Shown here: positions 1-13,100 of the stretch, piece after piece
Position numbering within the stretch: position 1 is the first letter of the stretch
How the letters are laid out: every line of letters starts with the position of its first letter
Assembly: GCF_009834535.1 (NCBI RefSeq)
Contig: NC_045697.1
Location: 34,660,001 to 34,724,000 of the forward strand
Source: Camelus ferus
Lineage: Eukaryota
Length of the DNA stretch: 64,000 nucleotides
Direction of reading: 5' to 3'
The notes under the pieces: model-generated
Seen by the model: only the letters and a program-made list of their open reading frames with translations
Told to the model about the DNA's origin: nothing
Database searches by the model: none
Made by a program: the position numbers and the translations under genes

Positions 1-429
1 CTGAGTAAACTTGTGACACAGAGAACATTTGGGCTCCCCTGTCTCAGTTTCTTTTATTGTTCCTCTGCCCACTCCCACCCCTAAAGGGGTTTTTCTGCCC
101 TTTCTCCTTTGCAAAAAGTCTAATCAATGTATCTAATAAACATTTCCAATATTAAGGTTCTAATCCATATTTAAATGTATGTTTGCAATGAGATTTGCAT
201 TACTGAATATTTCTCATTCAATAGATATAAATCAGAATAAAAAAAGCAAAAGAAAGAACTGTTTTTAAATTCACCCTCTGGAAAACTCTTGAAAATCAAA
301 TCTTAACTTTTTAAGTATCTCCTTTTATATAGCAACACCACCATCTGCTGGACATTTAGAATAATGCATTTAAAAGAGTTGTAAGGGCTTATTGTCATTT
401 TTTCCAGCTTTTCTTTCTTCCTTTTTTTT

Positions 430-700
430 AAAAATTTCATTATTTATTTATTTAAATAATTTACTGAGGTGAAGTTCACAATCTAGAAATTAACCATTTA
501 AAAATAAACAATTCAGTGGCATTCAGTACATTCACAATGTTGTGCAAACACCACCTCTGTCTAGTTCCAAAACATTCCCATCACCCAAAATAAAATCTCT
601 TACATATTGAGCACTTTCTCTCTATTGACACCCTCCTCCCAGCCCCTAGTAATCACCAAAATGCATTCTCTTTCTTTGGATTTATCTGCTCTGGATATTT
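430..700 (-). mobile_element. Old L1 3' UTR fragment (L1MB-like)
   Basis: acaattcagtggcattcagtacattcacaatgttgtgcaa...cccagcccctagtaatcacc is the typical antisense L1MB 3' end. Confidence 0.7.
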
Positions 701-1009
701 CTTTTTTTTTTTTTTAAATTTACATATATATATACTGTTCATTGTTTCCAAGAACAGTTTAGAGCTTTAGCTTTTTAAACTTACATAGTTATCAAAGGAA
801 TAACGCCAACCACAAAATAAGAATTAACATAATGCAATAATCCAATCATAAAGGACAGTCAAATGTGCTTACACACATACAAGAAATCAGTTATCTAAGT
901 TATAAATAGTAAGTAGTTCATTTGTGTTCTTTTCTTTAAGATTCCACAGATAAGTGATATCATGTGGCATTTTTCTTTCTCTTTCTGGCCTAATAGGTGT
1001 GTTTTGAAA

Positions 1010-2100
1010 GTAACACAGGAGAAAATATACGTGACTTTGAGGTGGCATAGATTTATTCAACAAGTTATAACCATAAAGGAAAATATTGATAAATTATACT
1101 TCAAAAAATCCTATTTATTAAATACACCCCGTTAAGGGAATGAAAAAGTAAGCCACAAACTGGGAGAAGATGTTTTTTACAACACAAAACCAACAAAGGG
1201 TTCCTAGTCGAAATAAGAATAAATCAATTAGGAAAAGGCAGATAATCCTATTTTTTAAGAGTTAAAAAAAAAAACTTGGAAAAGAGGGTAGAGTATAGCT
1301 CAGTGGTAAAGTATGTGCTTAGCATGCACGAGATCCTGGGTTCAATCCCCAGTACCTCTATTTAAAATACACACACACATATATATACACACACACACAT
1401 ATATATAATTAAACCTAATTACCTCCCTGCCACAGAAATAATTAATTTTTAAAATAATTTTGAAAAAACTTGAATAGAGTATTCTCTCACAAAAGAGAAT
1501 ACCTGAATGGCCACTGAACGTATGAAAAGTTGATCAACATAATTAGCCATCAAGGGAAGGCATATTTAAACCAAAATGGGATACCACTACACATGTGCCA
1601 GACTGGCTCAAATGAAAACCAAAAGCAAAACCAAACCAAACAAAACCCACAAGAATACAACAACTGGCTGAGGGCAGAGGCAGAGCAGCTAGAACTCTTA
1701 GGCACTGTTGACTGAAGTGTAATTTCATACAAGCTCTTTAGGAAACTGACTAAATCTGAGCATGTACACACTCTATGACCCAGTAGTTCTACTTTTAAGT
1801 GTATATCCAACATTGTGGGGGCACAAGTGTGTATTATACTTTATCAAACACAAACAAGAATGTTCATAATAATATTATTTAGAAGAGCCAAAAAAATTGC
1901 TTACAACCAAGACGGCCATCTAAAGAAGGATGGGCAAATCAACTGTGGTGTGGTCATGCAGTGTAGCAGTGAACCACAATGCCGATGAAACAGCCACCCC
2001 AACATCGTGGTTGAATTCACACTCTGAATGATGAGAGAAAGAAGCCAGGCATGGGTGCACGATGTCTGATTCCATTTATATAAAGACGTCAAAACCAGGC
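1010..2100 (+). mobile_element. Degenerate old L1 (end of ORF2 and 3' UTR), interrupted by SINE
   Basis: A-rich; aagccacaaactgggagaagat, ctatgacccagtagttctacttttaag, tgattccatttatataaag motifs. Confidence 0.65.
1284..1462 (+). mobile_element. tRNA-derived SINE (camelid Vic-1-like) with CA/TA microsatellite in tail
   Basis: A box TAGCTCAGTGG, B box GGTTCAATCC, shared body gcttagcatgcacgag..cctgggttcaatccccagtacctc. Confidence 0.85.
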
Positions 2101-2352
2101 AAAATTAATTGGGCTCTAAACTTATGAATTGTGCACTGTTTTGGATGTTAAAAACTTGAAAATTGTATTTTTTCAATTAAAGAGGACCATGTTTAACTTA
2201 GATAAATTGCTAATGGTAGAATTTTTATTATATGTAGTATTTATGGGGCAGAGAAATAATCTAGGCCCTCATAATACTCTGAAATCACATTTCCATCCCA
2301 GTTCATAGAAACCCTGATTTCTGGCTAACTATTACACAATAATTGTGTTATC

Positions 2353-2448
2353 TTTTCTCCCCCCACTTAATGGAGGCACTGGGGATTGAACCCAGGACCT
2401 CATGCATGCCAAGCACACAATATACCACTGAGCTTTATCTCCCTACCC
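2353..2448 (-). mobile_element. tRNA-derived SINE (Vic-1-like)
   Basis: Reverse complement of the same body; TSD tgtgttatc at 2344-2352 and 2449-2457. Confidence 0.85.
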
Positions 2449-2969
2449 TGTGTTATCATTTTTTTTTCAGTATATTTTGAGTCCCAGTAATGAGAGAAAT
2501 TTAAGGAAACAGTGTCACCAAATTAGAAAGCAGGATTCTTTGGCTCTCACTTATTTTCACAGATTTGCAATGATCACATTCACTAGAAAATAGTTCAAAT
2601 CAAACTTTGTCCAAGTTCTACTTGAAAAAGGTAAAGAGGACACATTTTAGTGGTTTTCTTGAGGAGCAGTCATTTGCCAGTCACCCACATAACCAGGCAG
2701 CAAAAACTCAAATGTTGAGAATTGTAATTTATCAAAAGGGTTCCAAATCATGTATAATGAAATTTGAAGTAAAAGTGAAACATTTTCCCCCTAAATTTAA
2801 ATATGAGATGCATATATTTAAACATCTCAGACAGGAGATTTAAACTTTGCAAAGAAATGTATCTAGACAGTCATCTCAAAAGAGTTGAGGCTTTAACGAA
2901 CATAGAGGGAACTTGGGGTACACTCTTCACTGTACTTGATGTTCGCTCAGGCACAGATGAATACTTTAC

Positions 2970-3044
2970 CGTAGCTAAAACCAGCTGTGGCTGGCAAACA
3001 GCTGCCCATCAGCCCAACGGGGTAGCGGAGACGGGACATGAGCC
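2970..3044 (-). CDS. TXK: TXK exon 9, SH2-kinase linker (GLMSRLRYPVGLMGSCLPATAGFSY)
   Basis: cag|GGCTCATG...TACG|gtaaag; 75 nt, phase 1->1; RLRYPV and AGFSY Tec-family motifs. Confidence 0.97.
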
Positions 3045-3764
3045 CTGGGGAGAAAGAGAAGTCAGCCTTTCAATCCTAGTTACTAAAACAAAAGAAAAAC
3101 CCAACTATACTAGAAGATAGCAGCATTCCTTAAATAAATCAGTCAAAGAAGTATTCTACAGTTAGTCTCTTTGCTCTTTTCCCACTTGAGAAACACTTCA
3201 CAAAAAATAATATGCTCATTGAACACAAATTAAAGAATCCAAGAAAATAGGAGGATAAAATAAAATCTTAGCATCCAGAGATACATTGTTATCATTTTGG
3301 TGAACATCTTTGCAAAAATCTCTATATGTTTATTTGAAAGCATAGATGCATAAAATACATTTCACAGAAATGTAAATGTTTTGCTATAAGCTTTTTACAC
3401 TCAACATGTAATTGATATATGTCAATGACTATAAATAGAACTTAGTTATTTCCAAGATTTCACTGTTGTAAAATATGCTATAAGTTCTTAAATATCCATT
3501 TGGATGTGCCTCTCAAATTATTGCCTCAGGACAAATTCCTTAAAATGTGTTTTCCTGATCAAAGGGTGTCTATAAGGTTTGTACTAATTTCATTTAACGA
3601 CCAACAATGTTTAAGTGCACCCATTTGCCCACCCTTCTCTTTGAGAACAGTTTTTTTTAATAGCATGGTAAATGCTTTAAATCTTTTAATCTTTTGATTG
3701 GGTCAACATGTAGTAGTCTACATAGTCAATTTCAGTTTTGTTCAACAAGCCTTGAGTATTTCTT

Positions 3765-5150
3765 CAACTAATATTTATTGAAAGCCTGCTTTGTGCCAAG
3801 CATTATCTAGATGGCAGGAGACAGCAGTGAGTAAGACAGTGATGGTCCCTACTCTCATGGAGTATATATTCCAGTGGAGAAAGAGAAAATAAAGAAGGAC
3901 ATGCACACACAAGGAAAAGCAGAAGATGATGAGTGCGAGCAAAGTACATAAAATAGAGCTTATTTAGAACAAGTGCTCACGGAAGACCTTTCTGACAAGA
4001 TGACAGCTATGCTGACATTGATTGACAAGGAGCCATCCGACAAAGATCAGGAGGAAAAGCATTCCAGGCAGGTGGAACAACATGTGCAAAGGCTGGAAGA
4101 CAGAAACAAGCCTGGCCGGTATAAGAACAGAAAGGAGCATAATTAAGTGCCCATTGTGAGCAAGATGCTCTTCTAGGTTGATCCCAAAGATTCCAGAGGA
4201 CCAAAGATGAGGAAAAAGAGGACTCTGCCCACCGGGGCTCCATCTCAGTGAGGAAAGACAGGGAGAGAGAGGCAGGTCATTTCAATATAAATGGAGTAAG
4301 TCCTGTGATGGTGACCACAAGGTGCTCTGGGGCACAAGAACTCAAATAAGGGAGTGGTTTGTCCAGATTTACATTTTTGGTAGATCATTCTGGAATCAGT
4401 ATGAATGATGGATTGAGAGGAAGTCAACATCAGAGAAGACAAGATCGGTTAAGAGGCCACTGCAGTTGTCCAGGTGAGCAATTATTAGGGGGGCACCAGT
4501 AGGCAGCGAGAGGTAGGGACCTACATGAGACATATTTAAGATATGAAATTAATTGCACTTGATTATTAATCAGAAGTTATCTATTAAGGGGAATGGAAGC
4601 ATCTATTGTGATTCCCATGTTGCCAGCTCCTGTATGATTACCCGAGACAGACAACAGGAAGAGTAGGTTTAGAAGGAAAGCCATGGTATTTATTAGATAA
4701 AGAGTTTCATTTCATCATTGAAGTTCATGGCCTTTGGGACTGCAGGGTCTGTGTCTACCAGGCAGAATAATTATGCAAAGAGATATGTCTAGGGTAAAAA
4801 GAAAAGTGATCAGGGATGGATGCCTGAGGAACACCAATGTTTAAGCAAGAGTAGAAGCAGGACCCATTGGTAAGACCCATGAGGAATGATCTGAGTTAGA
4901 GAATCAGAAAGGGTGGTGTCAAACATCTAGGGAGCAGGGAAGTTCAAGAGATGCCACTGCCAAAAGTAGCAGAGAGTACCTGCAAGTGCGAGAAGCAGAA
5001 AGCATCACTGTATGGGGGTCATTGGTAAAACACAGGGCAATGGAGGCAGAAGCCAGATGGCAGGTGTTTCAAAAACAAATGGAAAGTGAGGAAGTGAAGA
5101 GAGTGCATGTGGACACATTTTTCCAAAAGTGTGATTTAAAAGAGCAATGT
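3765..5150 (-). mobile_element. L2 LINE remnant(s)
   Basis: atatttattgaaagcctgctttgtgccaagc...gagacagcagtgagtaagacag (L2 3' end) followed by purine-rich L2 body. Confidence 0.65.
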
Positions 5151-5318
5151 CTGAAGGAGGAAAGGACCAAGGGAGAGCTTTGTTTTCATTTTTGTACTAA
5201 GTTTACAGACTAAAGGGAGAAAGGCAGAAGAAATGGAAGAGATACAGGAGAGAAAGAAAGAGTGGGTGGTGGGCGGTCCCAACAGGAGAGGAGTGGTGGG
5301 AATAAGCACAGGCTTGGC

Positions 5319-5443
5319 GGGGAGGTTGGTACAGCTCAAGAGGTAGAGCGCGTGCTTAGCATTCATGAGGGTCCTGGGTTCAATCCCCAGTCCCTCCTCC
5401 AACAAATAAATAAATTAGTAAACCTTTAAAAAAAAAAAAAAAA
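5319..5443 (+). mobile_element. tRNA-derived SINE (Vic-1-like)
   Basis: A/B boxes, poly(A) tail, perfect 15-bp TSD aagcacaggcttggc at 5304-5318 and 5444-5458. Confidence 0.9.
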
Positions 5444-5554
5444 AAGCACAGGCTTGGCCCCTCCACTCCTGGAGGGGAGGAGAGGGTGAGAGCGTGGGGG
5501 CAGGAGGATGTGCCTGACATAGGTGACTCCAATTTTATTTTAATTTAATTTAAT

Positions 5555-5735
5555 TTTTTAAATTGAAGTATAGTTGATGTACAATATCATATAAGTTACA
5601 GGTGTACAATACAGTGATTCACAATGTTTAATGGTTGTACTCCATTTATAGTTATCATAAAACACTGGCTATTTTCCTGGTGTTGTATAATATATCCTTG
5701 TAGCTTATTTTATATGTAATAGTTTGTACCTCTTA
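5555..5735 (-). mobile_element. L1 3' end fragment
   Basis: aattgaagtatagttgatgtacaat...acaggtgtacaatacagtgattcac, antisense L1 terminus with T-rich tail. Confidence 0.75.
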
Positions 5736-6234
5736 GACTTCAGTTTTCTTATTGAAGTAGACAGCGAGGCAATTTGCTGACAGGGCAGTGGATAACACTG
5801 TCAAGGGGGTCTTGAGGAGAATGATAAAAGTTTGAACAGAAAACAGGAAAGGATGCTGACCAGTGACTCTGAAGACCTAGCTGAGCCCTTATGGAGCTGG
5901 TGTCTGTAACATATGATCCAGATACAGAACATAATGAGAATTTCCTTAAGACCCTAACACTTTCCTCTCACTTCAAAGTTGGTGTTTGCCAAACATTTTT
6001 ATTCTGTGAATTACTACCAATGGTTTCATGATAGTCCATCTCTCTAACAGAAAAAAAAAAAAAAAAAAAGTCACTCTTTGCATGGTCCTCACTACTGGTA
6101 AGGAGATGAGCTGTCATGAGCTAAAGCGACCAGAAGTCAAAAAGAAGACAGGGTGGTCATGGGTTTCAATTTACAGCGTCTTCTAAACTGGACCCTCCAA
6201 TGATGTTATTTGCCTCTTTCTAGAGGAGACAACA

Positions 6235-6490
6235 GGCATTAAACACAGACTCTGGAGCTGGTGGGTTCGATGACTGCATTGGTTTCAAAGATTTCTCCTA
6301 GTTAAATCTCAGCACAAATACTTATTAACTGTGTGACCTTGAGCACAACTCATGCCTCGGTTTCCTCATCTGTGAGACAGAGATATCGACAGCATCCCCC
6401 TCACAGGATCTCTCTGAAGATTAGATACGCAAATGTACACAAAAGCACTCAGAGCAGGGGCTGGCTCAAAGTGAGTCTTCAATACACATC
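6235..6490 (+). mobile_element. MIR SINE (other MIR copies at about 19440, 25510, 27230-27560, 33980, 36160, 48560, 63500)
   Basis: Core tgtgtgaccttgagca...cctcggtttcctcatctgtgag. Confidence 0.7.
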
Positions 6491-8074
6491 TGCTCTTCTG
6501 GGTCCATGTCTTTCCTCTGACCATCCCTCTTCCTCTGTGTCTTATCTCTTTTCTGCTCTCTTTTCTCCCTAATAAACAGCAGCCACAGTTGTAAGTTTTC
6601 AACCCTGTTTTTCATTTTTCTTATTGCCTGATTGAGCTTATATTTTAAAAATTACTTGTGTGGTATATTACACATTATAAGAATAATTTATCTATTTCGT
6701 AATTTAAAAGCCCAAGAGCAATCTATAAAGTAGAAAACAAAAGCTTCCTTATTCCCAGTCTCAGTCCCCAGAGATAAACATGAACACTTTGTAGTCTGCT
6801 ATAATCTTATTCGTCTAAATATTACCTACACTTTTAACAGAGGTTTTCTATGCACACCTGAATGTGTCGATGTAAGTATTTATTTTGCTAAAGCAGGACT
6901 ATAAATGTACTGCTTTACATTTTTTTCTTTACTAAACAACATATCACTAACATCTTTTCGTGCCAGCACCTCCTGATCTACGTCAGTATTCTTTTAACCT
7001 CACACCATAACCATCTGTTTCTTAAATTTTCTCTTTGAAGGAGCGGGAAAGAAGAGTGTGAAGACGAGTCAGCGCTGATCTCCTAATTCTAAGGGTTTCT
7101 ATGTCTAACCACAAATGCGTCCTCACTGGCCCTGCTTAGACATGTCGCCACTTCCTCTGTAACCCAACTCCCAGTGAACACCGGGAATACCCATGTGGAC
7201 GCATCCAACAAGTGGCTAAAAATTTCCTTGGATGTATTCCTGATGTTTAGAACCAGTGCAATGGAAAAGTGGCCGCTTTCCAAAAGGGTGTGGTTTTTTT
7301 TTTTTTGTCATTACACTTTTTCACGAGAAAAATTTTTTAAAGTACTGCATGGCAAGAAGTCAAAACAATATGAAAATTGCAGTGGGTTCCAAATGCGACA
7401 ATGCTGAGGTAAAAAGATTCCCCCATGGGCTCAAAGCAATCCAGTACAGGTTAGAGGAGGGCTGAAGGCCAGAGCTGTGACTGTAAATGTGGTGGAACCT
7501 TCTGGAATCCTAAATCTTTTCCATAGATGGTAGGTTTGCAAAAATGGTAATTATAAATATGTAAATAGGTAAATATGCCTCTGGTATACTCAAGTCAAAC
7601 TGTCACTGTGAAAGGCTCTGTCTTGTATAACTTCTTCTGTTCTCCAAGCAAGAAAGAACAGAGAACAAGAGATTTAAGGGTAATTTGCTAATGCAACTGT
7701 GTAAAGCAGAGAGCAAATTTATCAGAGCAAAGAGAAAAAAGTATGATTCTTTAGGACATTTGAAATTGTATTATATTTCACTCCATGTAAATTTCAAGGG
7801 CAAATGCATCATGATTAAATGGCCTTTTGCTTCTCTGTCATCGATCATTTTTCTAACCTGGCAGAAATGTAAAAAGTCAGCCTACCTCTCGCCCCCTGAC
7901 TAGGAAAAGAAAAAAGCAGCAACAGGGAAGAGAATCGCTCAGAAGACAGGTTGTATTTCAAGCTCTTGAACATTTTTGCAGGGTTATTTGCTCCTGTTAA
8001 GTCTCTGACCAAAGATGCGTTGCCTGTCTGGGGCCCGGCGCCCCAGCTCTCCCCACCTGAAGTTCCCGACGTAC

Positions 8075-8202
8075 CGGCTGCGTTGTGTTGGTGATACCAG
8101 ATCAGCTCAGGGACTGATTGAAAGAGGTGCCTTTCAGCCACGTACCACTGCCCAGAGTCATTCCTTTTAATCTGATAATGTTTGATGGTGGCCTCCATGC
8201 TT
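8075..8202 (-). CDS. TXK: TXK exon 8, SH2 end (SMEATIKHYQIKRNDSGQWYVAERHLFQSVPELIWYHQHNAA)
   Basis: tag|AAGCATG...GCCG|gtacgt; 128 nt; lies inside ORF 7845..8345. Confidence 0.97.
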
Positions 8203-9143
8203 CTACAATCAATAAAACATGAGTTTGTCAACAAGCAAAAGATCACTTGGGAACTAAGTCGGTGCATTAAGCGACAGGACTCCACCTCCAAAACGTGCAC
8301 CCTAGCAACACTGCGCGCTGAAGAGGAGACTGGATCAAACTCCACAGGCGCCTCACCGCCCCGGGGAAGTTCCTCAGCTATCGTGTCGGGGCCTTAGGTT
8401 CAAATATAGCTTCAACCAAAGTGGTCTTGGTGGTTAAGTCTAGTGTCCAAAAAAGTAGACCTCATAATGGACACTTGTAAGTATTCACTGAATATTAAAT
8501 ATCGGTTCAGTGAATGAACAAATGCACTGTAAGAGATGCGAGGAGATGTAAGACAAAGAAGGGGGGAACCAGTACAGGGTGTATGGAGGAGCAGGTCTGC
8601 TACGGGCAACTGGGGCTTAATCCCTCCAGGAAGTGATGAGAGTTTGGGGAACACACCTCGGAGTCACCCCACTAAAGTGCAAAGGGGCTGAGGGACTTAC
8701 CCTCCACTCCTTAAGGATGGAGAGTCACTCCTAGGATGCTAACTCTCAGGTACTTCTAGTCCACCCCTGGGCTCCACGAGCTCCCACAGCCAGAGAACAT
8801 CCTCAGGCAGGAAGAAACAGGAAGCTTTCTGAGTGCAGGGGCACTCTCTGCAGGCAAACCCCAGGTACCGGGGCTACGAGGAAAGCACCCCTGGTGCCGA
8901 ATACAACTAATCAAAGCTCCTCGCGTGATGGTTGAGAAAAGGAGACGAGAGAAAGTGACTTATCCAAAGTCACACACAGAGCTTGTTAGGGATACGACTG
9001 GAAACGATTATTTGACCCAACTTCCAGGCCAGTAATTTTCTATATTACACTCTTATTTACATTCTCTACGTGATGGTATCTCCACAACAAACACTGTACC
9101 AGGAACAGTTATTTCTAAAGTGACCAAAATCACAATTGCTTAC

Positions 9144-9223
9144 CTCCTAGCCTTTATAAACACAGAAATGGTGTAGGATCCCAAATGTCTTGAATCTCTG
9201 ACAATAAATGCACCTTCTTTAGA
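9144..9223 (-). CDS. TXK: TXK exon 7, SH2 (SKEGAFIVRDSRHLGSYTISVFIKAR)
   Basis: cag|TCTAAA...AGGAG|gtaagc; 80 nt; FIVRDS phosphotyrosine-pocket motif. Confidence 0.97.
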
Positions 9224-10017
9224 CTGCAAAGCAAATTCATTCATTGTACAAGGTTATTCCTTCTTAGGAAGAAAGGTAAACCTACATCTCAATAATGAAA
9301 ACCAAAGCTATACTAACTTACTATAAAAGGATGATACAGTTTTTACAAGTACACACAATCTCATCTCAAATCTTTATAGGTTTACATGTAATACCCATAA
9401 AATAAAATATAATTGGGACAAGGATTTGTAATGTGTGAGTATTTAAAACATTTTTGCTCCTGATTTTTCTAAGAAGAGTTCTGCATCTGACAACCTTGTA
9501 CCCCACCATTTAGTTATTTTTGTTATACTGATAAAGATAATAGATAAAAATAGGTGATGAATACGAGAACTCTGAGACAGACTGGCAGGGTTGTTCTTTA
9601 GAGGAAAAGACACAACATGGCAAGTGTGGGTGAGGGAGGCAGGGAGAAATACATCTGGAGAGAGGAGGAGTGGGAAAAAAGACCAAAGTTCATGGTATGG
9701 ATGGAAAGAGAATAAACTTGGGTGAGTCTGGAGAGAAGAGTAAGGAGAGACATTTCACTTGCTCCAGGGGTAGGTAGGGAAAGGCAGAATGAGAAATGGC
9801 AAGAGGGAAGACTATTATAATAAATTTGATGTTAGGTTATCAGTTGGACCCCCCTCCATTGCCGTGTTCTGGGAAACACCAATAACGCTGTGAATTGCTT
9901 TCAAATAAGCTTGAAGGTTGGACTGTTTTGTTTGGTTGGTTTGTTTGACATTGTAAAAAAAAAAAATGTTTCACCTTTATTAAGTGTGCTTACACTCATG
10001 AAGAGGAAAATATCTCA

Positions 10018-10113
10018 GGGGGAGGGTAATAGCTCAGTGGTAGAGCACCTGCTTAGCATACACGAGGTCCTGGGTTCAATCTTCAGTACCTCTATCAAAA
10101 AAAAAAAAAAAAA
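10018..10113 (+). mobile_element. tRNA-derived SINE (Vic-1-like)
   Basis: ggggagggtaatagctcagtggtagag...cctgggttcaat...poly(A). Confidence 0.88.
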
Positions 10114-10129
10114 TCTAAAAAAAATCATA

Positions 10130-13100
10130 GTCATTATATCAATAAACAAAAGGAATACAAAATAAGTGTATCCATCTGAAGAAGTTAGGAATTATAAAGT
10201 AAACCCAAGTAAGGTAGAAGAAAAGAATTAATACAGACAAAAGCAGAAAAAAATAAATGATAAAAATAAGAATATAATAAAGCTAATGATTAAATTCAAA
10301 ATTTGCTGGTCTAGGGAAAATCAATAAAATAGGTAAACTGTTAATTAACCTAATCAATAAATAATGGGATAAATCTATGAAAAAATAAGTCACAATGATC
10401 CAGAAAAAAATTTAAAAATCTCCTTGACTCTGTGCAATAAATGTGAAAACTTGAATAAAATGGGTAATTAGCAGGCAAAACACAAAATTTATCAAAATTG
10501 ATTCCAGAAGAGCCAGACGTTGAATGGATCTATGGAACTGAAAAATGGATAAAGTTTTTAAAGAGCTGCAAAATTAAAAAGCACTACAGTTGCATTGTGA
10601 TGTTACTAAATCTTAAAGAAATCATAGAGAGACTGATTAAATGATCCAGAGCACATGGAAAGAAGAAAAACTTCTAAATTATACAAAGTGAGCTTAACAT
10701 TAATACCAACAACACAGCACAGACAGCGCACAAAAGGGAAAACTACCAACCAGTCTCTCCCGTATCAACGCAAAACTCCTAACTAAATAGTAACCAACAG
10801 AATCCAGCAGCATGAAAAAAGAACAATACACTGTGACCAAGAGAGATCATGTACAGGAATGCAAATGTAATCTAATATTAGGGATTTTATTAATATGATA
10901 CATCATATTAAAAATCCTAGAAAAAAATCCTATGAGTATCTCCATAGATATTGAAAAAGCATTTGATAAATTTCAACTTCTAATACCAGGGTTTAAAATT
11001 CTGGGTAAGATGGGAATATACGTGTACTTCCTGAACACCATAACCATTATTTACTTTAGTCCCAAGTCCAGTGTTATGCTTTATGTGGAAGTAATTTCAA
11101 CTAAAATCAGGAAAAAAGGAACACCCACTGTCAGCACTGGTACTTAACACTGTTTTGAGATACCAGCCAATGCAATTAAATGAGAGGCAGACATTAGAAA
11201 CGTGTTAAAAATGTAAAAGAGTGTTGAAATAATCACTGTGTTGCTGATAAGACGATGTACCCAAAACCGAAGAGAATCGACTGAAAAACTACTACAAAAA
11301 ATTTTGAATTTACCAAAGTTGTCAGTTACAAAATTAATTCACAGAAATCAAGATCTTTCAAATGTAAAAACAAGATATACCTACTTATAATAAGAACAAA
11401 AAGATAAAATACCTTAAAATCAACTTAAAAATACATGTGCAAGAGCTAAATGAAGAAAACCTTAAAACACCCTGAAAAATACAAAAGCATCTGCTTTTTC
11501 TTATTAGGTCTTCAGCCCATCTAAGATTTATTTTAGTTTGAGGTAGGGATCTAATTTTAATTTTTTCTATAGGGATAATTAATATATCGGTCCTAAAACA
11601 AATTGGTTCCTAAACCCCATTGATTTATAATGCATAAACAATATTCTCTAAATAAATCTGTAAATTTAATGCAATCAACTGGAATGTTTTTTTTTTAAAC
11701 TAGGCAGAGTAATTCTGAAGTTCATATGGAATATATATATGTATATCCAGAATGTTTCTAAAAAAACAAATGAAGAAGGGAGGATAGCCACATCAAAGAA
11801 AGTGTTAGTATTTAAAACAATATAATGGCAGAACATGAATACACAGGCTGATCAACGAAACCAAGTAGAAAGCCCAGGTATAGGTTGTTTGTGTTTACGA
11901 TGAAAGTGGCAACTCAAATCAACACAGAAAAGAACACTTGGTGAGGAAAAAACTTAACTTGGGTCGAAACCTCACCCATTATAATAGGAAAAATTACAAA
12001 TGGATCAAACATGCCTGTGTGAAAAAATAAAACCACTAAAGTAATCAAAGAACATGGGAAATCTTTTATAAACTTGGAGTAGAGAAGTAATTCTAACCTG
12101 ATAACAAACCCTAACGTCTTTAAAAAAATTGTCTTAAAAATTCCAATATATAAAATTCAAATACTATTCATGGCAAAAAAAAAAAAAAAAAAAGAGAGAG
12201 AGAGAGAATTCATAAACTGGGGAAAATGCTGCCACACATCACGAAGAGCTAATTTCCTTAACGTAGCTACATAGGTCCTACAGATTATGAGAAAAAGCAT
12301 CAAAAATGCCATAAAATTGTTGCAAAGGAGATGGACCGCTACAGAAAAGGAAATACGAATGCATAGACTTTAATACAGAAAAAGAGGCTTAACATTCCCA
12401 GAATAAGAGAAAAGCAGATTAAATCCACCCTGAGAATGAGGTGTCAGAGAGCAAAGTTCCAAATGTTTCATTAAAACACTTAACTGGAATGACTGTGGGA
12501 AAATAAGCACTCTCTTACATGTCTAGTAGATATATAAATTGGTACAACCCTTACAGAGGGCGTTTTAATACCTTAAAAATTAGAAATGTACACTGCTTTT
12601 GACCCAGAATTTCTACCCTTGGGGATTTACCCTACAAATACTCACATAAATGGGAAAAGATGTATGTACTGGTTACCCATGGAAGCACTGTTTTAATAAC
12701 AAAAGAGTATATGCTACTTAAATTTCTGTAATGAAGGATTGGTTAATTAAACTGTGATACATCCACACTAAGAAATACCATGCAGGTGTAAAATGAATTA
12801 GGATACTTTTTGTGTACTAATGTGGAAAGACTCCCAATATATACCATTAAGTGAAAAAGTAAGGTCAGAGAGTACATATATCATGTTACCATTTGTGTAA
12901 AAATAACACAAGAAAATGTATATATAATAAATATCTCTTGTATTGGTAATAAATATCTCTGAAAGGATACAAAATAAACTAATAATAATAGTTCATCTAT
13001 AGGGAGGGGAATTGATGGGTTGGGGACAATGATGAAAGAAAACTTCAAAAACCTTTTGATTTTTGAGCCATATGAACATATTGGCTACTGAAATATGAAA

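Noticed and set aside
338..351. Further CTCF-like matches (338-351 minus; 59430-59443 plus)
   Set aside because: Mismatched to the core or embedded in an old repeat; too weak to call without ChIP data
7101..7130. ASEDAFVVRH on the minus strand resembling SH2 exon SKEGAFIVRD (possible duplicated pseudo-exon)
   Set aside because: Only 19 of 30 nt match, no AG at the required position, and a stop follows within four codons; consistent with chance
7845..8345. 166-aa ORF (also 56665..57156, 57197..57520, 49216..49464) as standalone genes
   Set aside because: Each is a real exon plus intron read-through; splice sites delimit the kinase-family portion
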